DNA of 64,000 nt, from contig NC_043012.1 in the NCBI RefSeq assembly GCF_006345805.1, forward strand, positions 17,980,001 through 18,044,000, read 5' to 3'. This stretch comes from Octopus sinensis. Taxonomy: Eukaryota. The notes under the pieces were generated by a model, which was given only the letters and a program-made list of their open reading frames with translations, ran no database searches and had not been told where the DNA came from. Of the stretch, positions 13,553-23,999 are shown in pieces. Position 1 is the first letter of the stretch. Each line of letters begins with the position of its first letter. Made by a program: the position numbers and the translations under genes.

Positions 13553-13795
13553 ATTATGTACATTATTTACAATATTTACATATGACGGATATTTGTCCTC
13601 ATCTTTTTTGTTGGTAACACAACGCTTCGGCTGATATACTCTCCAACCTTCATCAGGTGTCTTGGGGAAATTTCGAACCGGGGTTCTCATTCGTAAGGTA
13701 TTTTTGGATGTTGTTGTAAGCGGACAAAACCCTTTGTAACATTCGTCCTGTGTTTTATGTTTTAATTGATTTTTGTTAGCCCTTGAGGTCAATAA
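13553..13795 (-). mobile_element. PLE-type 3' module (same tail as the HHR-SINE) with a different, non-tRNA 5' region
   Basis: The reverse complement of 13553-13710 aligns with 14060-14219. The HHR reads GACAC-CTGATGA-A-GGTTG..CAGCC-GAAG-CGTT-GTGT, with GAAA mutated to GAAG. Confidence 0.85.
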
Positions 13796-13803
13796 AAAAA
13801 TTA

Positions 13804-13861
<58 letters not shown>

Positions 13862-13862
<1 letters not shown>

Positions 13863-13933
13863 CGGACATATGGCGTAGTGGTTGAGAGCGCGGCTACTAA
13901 CCCCAAGATTCCGAGTTCGATTCCAGGCAGTGA

Positions 13934-13969
<36 letters not shown>

Positions 13970-14219
13970 CGACAACAAAAACAACAACAATAACAACAAC
14001 AATAAAAAACAGCAATAACAACAACAATAACAACAATAACAATAACAACAACAACAATAATAATAATAACATCGAAAAATAGCTTAGGAATGAGAACTAA
14101 GATTGGAAATTTTCCCAAGACACCTGATGAAGGCTGGAGAGTATATCGGCCGAAACGTTGTGTTAACAAGAAGCAAGATGTGGACAATTATCCGTCAAAT
14201 GTAAATAATGTAAATAATG
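13862..14219 (+). mobile_element. tRNA-headed SINE with hammerhead-containing PLE-type tail (copy 2, HHR core intact)
   Basis: A box TGGCGTAGTGG 13871-13881, B box GTTCGATTC 13915-13923, (AAT)/(AAC)n linker, tail containing the HHR, and 3' tandem AATGTAAAT repeats. Confidence 0.88.
14119..14164 (+). ncRNA. Minimal type-I hammerhead ribozyme
   Basis: Stem I GACAC/GTGTT; core CTGATGA 14124-14130; extra A; stem II GGCTG/CGGCC; GAAA 14152-14155; palindromic stem III (A)ACGT(T); GUU triplet with predicted cleavage after 14159. Confidence 0.8.
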
Positions 14220-14469
14220 AACAAGAAACAGGTTTATTAGTTTAACGCTCTTAAACAGAAAGGAACAGAAAATGTTTACTTGCTAGCGACCAACCATTGT
14301 GATGGGCGGAGAGTAGTGGTTAGACAAGAGAGCTAGGAAGAAGGCGAAGTAGCGCGTGCCTGTGTATGTGAGAGCGTGTAGATAGGGGTCTGGTGACCTT
14401 GACATGTGAGTATGTGCATGTGTAGTTGTGTCGATGAGGTTGTGGGTGCTGGGAAATGTTCAGTGCTAG

Positions 14470-14643
14470 TGTGTGCGAGGTAGTGTGATGTGGTGTGATG
14501 TGGTGTGGTGTTGTGATGTGTGGTATGTTGTGTTGTGTTCTGGTGGTGTGTGGTGTGTTGGTGGTGGTGGTTTTGGGGTATGGGCATATATGTGGTGTGG
14601 GCATGTATGTATATAGGGATATATATATACATACATGTGCATA

Positions 14644-14690
<47 letters not shown>

Positions 14691-14710
14691 TATATATATA
14701 CATACATATG
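14470..14710. repeat. (TGTGG/TGATG) pentamer-like and (TA)n repeats
   Basis: Directly visible; source of the H/T-rich ORFs at 14320-14737. Confidence 0.85.
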
Positions 14711-15032
14711 TGGGCACAGGACGTCAACAATCGTTAACAAAATAAAAAACAATCATGAAATACGGTAACTCTACCGCTGAACACTTTCTAGCACCCGACT
14801 CGACTCGACTCGGAAGGAGAGGAAAGAAAGAATTTCAATTATAAAAAGAGAACTATAGCGCGAAGGCAGCATAAAAAAAACAACCCTTCCTCAGTTGTTG
14901 GTAATTTTACCTACTCCCCATTGCAACAAGATGCGTCTTCGTCAACGCAATTGCTACCCCAAAGCAAATTTAATAAAATTTGAGATACGTGGAGCGTCAA
15001 AGCTGTGGGAGTAACATGGCTGCACATTACTT

Positions 15033-15070
15033 CCACAGTCACCTCTATGGAGCCATAGAGGTGACTGTGG
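15033..15070. repeat. Perfect 18-bp inverted repeat with 2-nt spacer
   Basis: CCACAGTCACCTCTATGG-AG-CCATAGAGGTGACTGTGG. Confidence 0.95.
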
Positions 15071-17433
15071 CCGGGAAGTAATATTATCAAATGATAAATC
15101 AGCAGCCATTTTGTCTACATATGGCCATTTTAAAGATAATCGCAACAATTACCACTTTTATGTTAAGCTATTAATAGATAGTTATGCTGGGAACCAGAAG
15201 AGAGCCCTAAATGCAATAAAGATGGAAGAAATTTTGTTATTATCGACAAAAAAATATGACCTTGTGGTAAATGGAACCCTATGCTAATTATGCAAAAGAA
15301 AATGGTTATTTTCTTGAGCTCAGCTAGACAGATTTATGGAAATCAATGTGTAACAAAGCACGTTACAATAGATTAGATATAATCATGGTTATGGGAAATG
15401 ATTGGGGGAGATGCGAAGAAGAAAACCCATCCTTGTATGAAGTAAATCATAGTAAACCACAAAGAATATACTAACGAAAAAATAGCATAACACATTTACA
15501 CTTCATTAATGTTCTCCCGTTCAGACTCCCTTTGTGGCCTTCTAGGCTCACAAAAATTATATAAGGTATTTATTACACATTTTCTATTACATTTCTTTAC
15601 GTTTTATAAAGTCAGTTATTTTTAGTATGTACATTTATTTTCTATTTAGCTATCACTTCTATCTACACCTGCGCCTAGATATTCCTGCATCTAGTTATGT
15701 TAGTAAAAATTTATTTCTATATAATTCCATTAAAACCGTCTACAACTCCTTTCCATTTGTTAGAATTTCGTGCAATAACCTTTTTGCTTCTCATGGTTCG
15801 TTGCTGGAAACATATTGCGTGGCGCAGTTTAGATAGAATTTCGTTCGAAGTACACTTGTGAGAGGAATAATACTTACATAAATATTCACCGAGTCAAAAG
15901 ACTGAATATCTTATCGCGAAGACCAACGTAGAACTCATTAACTTCAAAACATAATTTCCATCCAATTTTATGAGTTTCAGCTTACCTAAGCAATTTTTTT
16001 TAATACTATAATATCATTAATACTACGGTATCGTCCATTACACATATAGTCAGTTATTTTACTCAAATTATTCTTTGATATTTCTGCCACCTCAACTCAT
16101 TTTGATTTCATTTACGGTTTCGTGGTGTTTTATTACCTCAAGTTACACTTCAATGCTACATGCATTTTATCCAGTATATTAAATATTAATGTAACATAAA
16201 TTTTGTTTTGGTTCAATCACGTGTCACTTACCGTCGCTTGAAAATATTATACTGCACATCAACGTATTATAGCATGCAATATCATCTTCACTCATTACAT
16301 CACCAGCTAGTGTAGCCTTCAGATATAATAACACATATGCATGAATGCAAGTATGTGTGTCTACAGCTATGTGTTTGTGTGTGTATTTGAGCACGCGGCT
16401 TGTGTGAATTTGCAAATCGGTTTTTCATGTATGTTGTAAAGCACGATCTTTTATTTGAAATAATTTTCTCTCTGCGCATGAGATAGTACACAAAACTCCT
16501 CCAGCAATTATTAACAAACATTAGCATGATATAGAGATAATTGCAAAACATTAAAAATAAATTTTCGGGTGCGTTTGCATGCGAGAGAAAACATAATCAG
16601 ATTCTTATTTGCAGGCGGAGCATTACTAAGGATACATTCCACGTCACTTGACAACTGCAAAACAGTTCGACATTATCTTGCCTAATGATTTAGCTTGTTC
16701 CATTGTCGTATAGAGGAGCAAATTATTCGAATGAATTAATCTGTAAAAATAATACTAAGTAGCATTTAAGAGAAACGACTCAACGGAAACGCTGGCACTA
16801 CTCTAGATTATTAAGTTAGATTGTCGTCATGCTGTACATTATACATTCTTTACTGAAATTTACATTTGAATCAGAGGCCGGAAAAAAGATCTGACGAAAT
16901 TGTTAGGGAATTTAGGAAGGAAGAGCGATAATTTCAAGCCATTTAATATTCAAACGAATTTGCAAACTTGGGTAAATGTGATTTTATACATATATGTATG
17001 TGTGTATGTATATATGCGTGTATGTATGTGATGGACATCGAACTCTTAATATTTTCGTTGAGCACTATGCATATACGCCATATATGGATATCATCTTTTT
17101 GTAATTTTTCTACGTACAACTCTATTTGGTATCAATCCCAGAAAAATCAATTTCTCTTATGGCCAATTATTTTATTTACCAAAAATTAACACAGAGGTTA
17201 AGCCGTGGATTCTTCAGAATGAGTCATGTGATACCATTCGTGTGTGAAATTATTTGCTGCCTTGTAAGGGAATACAACTGGGAACGAAAAACAAAAAATC
17301 AAAAAGAAACAACTTATACACAGCACTCGTTGAACCGCAAAAGTAACATAAATAGTAACAACAAAAACAGACAAATGAATACGTAAAAGTACATAGAAAA
17401 CAGGACATTTTCTAACGCTTATAAAATTGTGTG

Positions 17434-17482
<49 letters not shown>

Positions 17483-17800
17483 AAGAAGAAGAAAATTTTG
17501 AAAAAATTGTCAATACACTATAACACTATGTTCCTTGCATGACAAATGTACTACGACTGAATGAGAAGGAAATAGGATGTTTTTGCGAAATTCTCAATAT
17601 AATTGAAATATCAAGGAGAATCATTCGGAATATTGCATAGCAACGGAGATATCAACAAAGACACACAAGAAAGCAATTTGCAGTCAGTAGCGTAGTTAAT
17701 ACGTTAGAATTTTCCATCAATTGTTTGAACAGTATTCATAATACTATGCCCGTATATTTTTGAATATGTGTATGTATATTATGTATATATAATGTGTATG

Positions 17801-17851
<51 letters not shown>

Positions 17852-18307
17852 GTTTATACATATATACACACACACATATATATATCAAACCCTCTTTCAT
17901 TTTATATATGTATTAATAACTCTCATTATTGATGCAAAACAGAAATATATACATGTTATGTATACACACACACACATGTATGTATACACACACATGTATG
18001 TATACACATACACACACGTGTATCCATGTATGAATGGTTGTACAAGTGTATTTACTTAACGGAAACTTCTTTGACGAAATACAATTCTATACCGTGTTTT
18101 CACATATTGTTCATATTTAAGGAATAATTCATCCAAACTATTATGTACATTTAAGTGTATACCCGTACATACATACATTCATACATATATGCTGTATGTA
18201 TAAAGGTATGTATGCATGTAAGTATATTCGTCTCCTTCTCTCTCTCTTTCTCTCTCTCTCTCTCGCTCTCTCTATGTATATATATCAAAATTACACACAC
18301 ACACACA

Positions 18308-18377
<70 letters not shown>

Positions 18378-18441
18378 TTGTGAAATTTAATTTAGTATTT
18401 CTAAATTGAATTTTTCCCTGTATGTTTGGAATAATATTCCC

Positions 18442-18505
<64 letters not shown>

Positions 18506-19104
18506 TAAAACTGAGTTTCAGAAAAATTTTATCTGCCAAAAGTATGGACGTCCCTGCGTATATTCAAAGCCTATCTGCCAAGTGCTCGAGGCGATGTACC
18601 ATGGAACACCATACGCAAAGTGGGCATTAGCAAGAACTGTATCCATTCCGCGCCTGAATGGAGGTTTTACTTGGAGATCACGCCGAAGGTAAACGTGGAA
18701 GTTCAAATATAAATATATACAAGCTTTAATATTTCAATAACGAATACTTTATATGCTGTGACTATTATAATATGGCTTACTAGAGTAACACGTTACATGC
18801 AAGCCATATCTTTGCGACTGGCTTTCGTTTGTCTGAGATCATATCAGTCTAGGTATGCCACAACTGCTAGATATTATATTGATTAAAGATAGAGATAGAC
18901 CAATGAATTATAAGAGGAATAGTAACTTAAAGTAATAACCATAACAGATTGTTGCATCTAAAATAACATCAATAAGAACATGAACATCAAATGCTGCATC
19001 AATAGTAGCAGCTGCAGCAACAATAGAAGTAGTAGTAGCAGTTGTTGTTGTTGTTGTAATGATGATAATGGCAGTGGTGATGAAGATGGTGATGATAATT
19101 ATAT

Positions 19105-19245
19105 TCATTTCTACTACAAGCCCAAGAACTAAAAAGTCGGGGACGTGATTTAGCTAGCTTCATCAACGCCAATACTTAAATGGTACTCGTTTAACGACCT
19201 CAAGTTTATGAAAGGCAAAGGCGACCTGGAGGGCATTTGAACTCG
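19105..19245 (-). mobile_element. Degenerate SINE fragment (same family as the 49-50 kb copies)
   Basis: ATGAAAGGCAAAGGCGACCTGGAGGGCATTTGAACTC resembles ATGAAAAGCAAAGTCGACCTGGGCGGAATTTGAACTC at 49.3 kb. Confidence 0.6.
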
Positions 19246-19257
19246 ACTCTCAACATG

Positions 19258-19439
19258 GCATAAAAAAATTGGTACGAATGTAAAGATAGAACAGCTACAA
19301 AAATCGTTACTTGGAACTGCGAGATTTCTTTGCAGGGTCCTTGAAGCATTGTTAGCGAACATGTGCCACTTTAGTCTGCTGGCTGTGGGTAGCTGACACT
19401 TTCCAATATACCCAGTAAATTAAGCTCAGAATTTTCATA

Positions 19440-19440
<1 letters not shown>
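19258..19440 (+). mobile_element. 3' end of an R4/Dong-like LINE (RLE C-terminus and 3'UTR) followed by (AAT)n
   Basis: WHKKIGTNVKIEQLQKS.LLGTARFLCRVLEA matches the LQK.ALLGTA.ILR.VL terminus of RLE LINEs; (AAT)n follows directly. Confidence 0.75.
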
Positions 19441-19670
<230 letters not shown>

Positions 19671-21832
19671 TCATGATGAAGCTGATAATGACGACGACTC
19701 CATCGCCGATGAGGATATTAATAATCTTTCTAATATATGTATGTATAAGGCTGGCAATATTTTGACAGAAAGTGTTGGTCAAAGTCATTTTATCCCGGAC
19801 TTGACTAATGCTATATTTTGATCGACATCTGCCGGATTTGAATTCGGCACGTTGAGGGTTCATGGAAATTTCGCATCCAGAAGAACTGCAGCAACAAAAG
19901 CAATAAATCTCTTAAAAATATAATATACAGTTTATTATAAGAATCACTTTCGATGCTCTTGAAGACCCTACTTTGGCTTAATAGTTGTTGGCGAGTCGAT
20001 TTGAAGCAAAACACCAGGAAATAAAGCATATGGAAATGAATTACAAATTTGCAAGAAGGGCAACAGTATAATAAATTTTGCATCAACTCTCCAATATTGA
20101 TGCCATTCAGTGGTTGATGATATCGTTCGCTACCTATTTACAGGTGTATGAGCAAAAGCGATGAAGAAATAAGTTTTGTACACACGTCAGATGTTCGCTA
20201 ACGCAACACAAAATTTAGTGGTTATTAATCTCTGAAATAGGAATTCGATATTCGATGTGCTAAGAGATTCAGGCCAGGAATAGTGTGTTATAATATTTTA
20301 ATGTGATATAAGTTCAAGTTGCTTTACAGAAGGCCGATATTAGATAAAATAAACAGCCTTCACCACAAAAATTCTATGAACACAAATGTTAATTTTCTTG
20401 CAAATGGTAAGAATTGAAACCTATAACTAGTAATTACCAAAAAACCTATTTAAGGAAATAAACCGATTTAACTAAACCGTACTAAACTGATTTCAGGAAC
20501 TTTTATCTAGTGCATAGAAGTATTTATATCCCTCTAACACAATATGCTACTAAACTTGGCTAAACTTAGGTGGCTAAATTTAGTTACATACTGTCTCAAA
20601 GCTTATTCTTTAATATCAGTTCATTTTCAAGACTTAAAGTGGTAGCAAACATACATTCGTTAATTATAAAGTTCTCTAAGTACAGAGCAGCATCAAAACC
20701 ATTACACACATGGTGGGTGGGGGATATACATCTCATTACTCAATTCCATCACATTAAGATTTCACCGATAACACTTTTTCCCCTTTTACCGCTGGTTCCT
20801 AGTTAATAAGTGCAAGGTTTATAAAGGGCTTGAATCATTCGTTGATGCATCTTTTTAAAGAAATTTGTGCGCATGTGTTTATCTGAGAAATAATTACTAC
20901 TAATTATTTACTCATTAGTGAGTATTTAATTATTAGCAATATCAGTTATTATTTTAATTCTCATTCAAAATAATTATGTTGAAATTAAATCATCTGTAGA
21001 AATAGATTAACGCTCTGAATCGTGCTATATATAATAATACTACTACTACTACTACTACTATACTACTACTACTACTACTACTAATAATAATAATGATAAT
21101 AATAATAATAATAATAATATTATAATATATATTTTAATCTATTTGTATACTGTAGATGAGCAGTGGATACGCTCGTGTAGTGTGAAGACAACATCTAGGT
21201 TCGAGTTTTGTCGATAGTATTCCTTCTTCTTGCGCGGCTCCTCTCTTGCAGGCTATGGAAAAATATTTATCAGATATATCCACCTCAGTTCCTTTTAAAG
21301 AATTAGAGTTTTTTGTATGTAACAATAAAACCTCCTCTTGTGAGACGTTTATACACTGTAAAGATTATGCATTGTCAAACTGATTATTGGAGGAGAAAGA
21401 TCTAAAAGAATATAATCGAGATTTTTAACTTCCAAATGTAACAGAACAAGAAAACAGTGCCAAGTATTTTTCACAAAGTATTTTGATTAATGGCACTATA
21501 CAATGATTTCATTCTCAAAAGATTTCCATAATCCTTGAGGAAAGGATACTACAGTTGTTGCTGACCTTGGATACAATGGTAGTAACAATCATATAAATCT
21601 GAAAAAAAATCTGATAGAAATCTGAAAAAATACAAATACAAATACATATAAATAGATATATTCACCTATACATACATGCATGCCTACAGAAATACACACA
21701 CATGTATATGTTTGTATGTATGTATATGTGTTTGTATGCATGAATGTATGCGTGGTTGTGTGTGAGTATATATATATATATATTATATATATATATATAT
21801 ATGCATATGTATATATATATATGCATATATAT

Positions 21833-21863
<31 letters not shown>

Positions 21864-21961
21864 GCATATGTATATATGTATATACATATGTATAGATATA
21901 TGTAATGCATAGATATATGCATATGTATAGATATATGTATATGTATAGATATATGTATAGA

Positions 21962-22004
<43 letters not shown>

Positions 22005-22272
22005 GTGTGTGTATATAAATAAAGCATTCGCACTATATATATATATATATCTATATCTATATATATATATATTTATTATATATTATATATATTATATAAT
22101 AAATATTAGGAATATATCCAAATTTACAGGGAAAAAAAATCAGATTTAGGATTAAATCCAATTTTATAGTAAAATATTATAAAATATTATTTGAGACAAA
22201 ACCACTATTTTGCAAAACAAACAAGAAAGACTTAATCAATACATAAAATTTAATAAATAGTCAAAAAAACCG

Positions 22273-22314
22273 CCACTACAATCGTTTCTGTCTTGATCGA
22301 CAATCTTCAGGTGG
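22273..22314 (-). ncRNA. Minimal type-I hammerhead ribozyme (left arm of palindrome)
   Basis: Minus strand: CCAC-CTGAAGA-T-TGTC-gatcaa-GACA-GAAA-C-gatt-G-TA-GTGG. Stems I, II and III and the GUA triplet are all present. Confidence 0.75.
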
Positions 22315-22571
22315 ACTTCCAATCTAAAAATCAAAATTTTAAAATAAAAAATAATACTTTTAAATAATTAAAGTATAAATGAAAAAAATAAGTATATAAT
22401 CCATATATAACCTATATATAATCCATATCGAAAATATAGACTAATTAGTCTATATTTTCGATATGGATTATATATAGGTTATATATGGATTTATACTTAT
22501 TTTTTCATTTATACTTTATTATTTAAAAGTATTATTTTTATATTTAAAATTTGATTTTTTAGATTGGAAGT

Positions 22572-22613
22572 CCACCTGAAGATTGCGATCAAGACAAGAA
22601 ACGATTGTAGTGG
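22572..22613 (+). ncRNA. Hammerhead ribozyme, mirror copy with damaged stem II
   Basis: CCAC-CTGAAGA-T-TGC-gatcaa-GACA-A-GAAA-CGATTG-TA-GTGG, with a 1-nt deletion and a 1-nt insertion around stem II. Confidence 0.55.
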
Positions 22614-22699
22614 CGGTTTTTACTATTATTAAATTTTATGTATTGATTAAGTCTTTCCTTGTTTGTTTGCAAAATAGTGGTTTTGTCTCAATAATATTT

Positions 22700-22780
<81 letters not shown>

Positions 22781-22786
22781 ATATCT

Positions 22787-22819
<33 letters not shown>

Positions 22820-23999
22820 GATTGGGAAAGTAAACGGTTACAGAGTGACATGATGCAATTATTTATTTGCACAAATGTCAGATGACAGGAAACCAATGTC
22901 TGTGTTTTCATTCCCACATGAACGTATTTCCTATTTATTTCATTTGTTTTTTTTCTTCTCGTTATTTCAAATAAGTTTGCGTCTAAAACAACTTTGTTAT
23001 GGTCATCTATAATGCCTGCGTAATAATAACTAGTATTAAACTGGTAATTCTAGAACAAAGCTGCGAAGTATTCGTATTACATAGACCGTGCTTATCTTAA
23101 TGGAATTATTCAGAATATAAATGTTGTTAAGGATATTAACGTTAGTTATTCTAGTTTGTTTGTGTATTTATATTTTATTTATTTATATAATTATCAGTTC
23201 TCTATTTCATATACACATTACAACACGCAACATAAAAACGAAATAAAACGAATAAATACGATATTAATCTCTATAAACTGTAGCTTAACTTCACAACGCT
23301 TTACCAATAAACTCATTACAGTTAATGAGCTGATAAATAAGTAAGAGCTGAAACGTTAAATTGGAAGTAATAAGTTATGAGCAAGAACAAATAAATAAAT
23401 AAAAATGCGAATGAAAAAAATAACGATAAATTTTTTGACACATTCATCTCAAATTTCATTTAGGACTCTACTCTGCTGCTTTCCCCTCAATGGCGATTCA
23501 CGTGTACGGGAATACCATCTCCCACATCAATTAAATATTATGTTTACTTTTGGACAGTTAGATAAAGAAATTGATTGACGAATGAGGTAATTTACTCGGT
23601 TATTCGCAATGTCTCATGGGTAACCTGTCAATAACTCTGTTGTTTTTCATCGATAACTATTTGATAAGCTGCAGCAATAACTACACATACACACACATAA
23701 ACACGCGCACGCACACATACATTCATAATACACACACATACATATATAAACGCTATTTTACATAAACGCCTACATACGTATGCATACACGCATAGACACA
23801 TTCATACACGAAAGCAATACTTACAGTTGTAGTGCAACATCAAATGCCATAATAATGAAATTGATAATAAGAAACCAAAGGAGCATACAACGAAGTAGAG
23901 AAACCGAAATCTGAGTTAGGCTAGATTTATTTAGATAGAAAGTTATTAGCAACAATGTAAATAGTTAACAATTCACCTAGAGTCCAGGCAATATATATA

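Larger units (their letters stand above)
22179..22703. repeat. ~525-bp spacer-less palindrome made of two inverted PLE pseudo-LTR-like modules
   Basis: Centre ...GAAAATATAGACTAA|TTAGTCTATATTTTC... between 22444 and 22445. About 46 bp each side is a perfect match, and the ~260-bp arms differ by scattered indels. Flanked by (TA)n. Confidence 0.92.

Noticed and set aside
16232-16316. Minus-strand exon candidate ATLAGDVMSEDDIACYNTLMCSIIFSSD with GTAAGT donor
   Set aside because: The AAG acceptor is weak with no pyrimidine tract, the composition is background-like and no homology is recognised.
23826-23915. Hydrophobic minus-strand exon candidate ending in GTAAGT
   Set aside because: The hydrophobicity follows from T-richness and the acceptor is poor.
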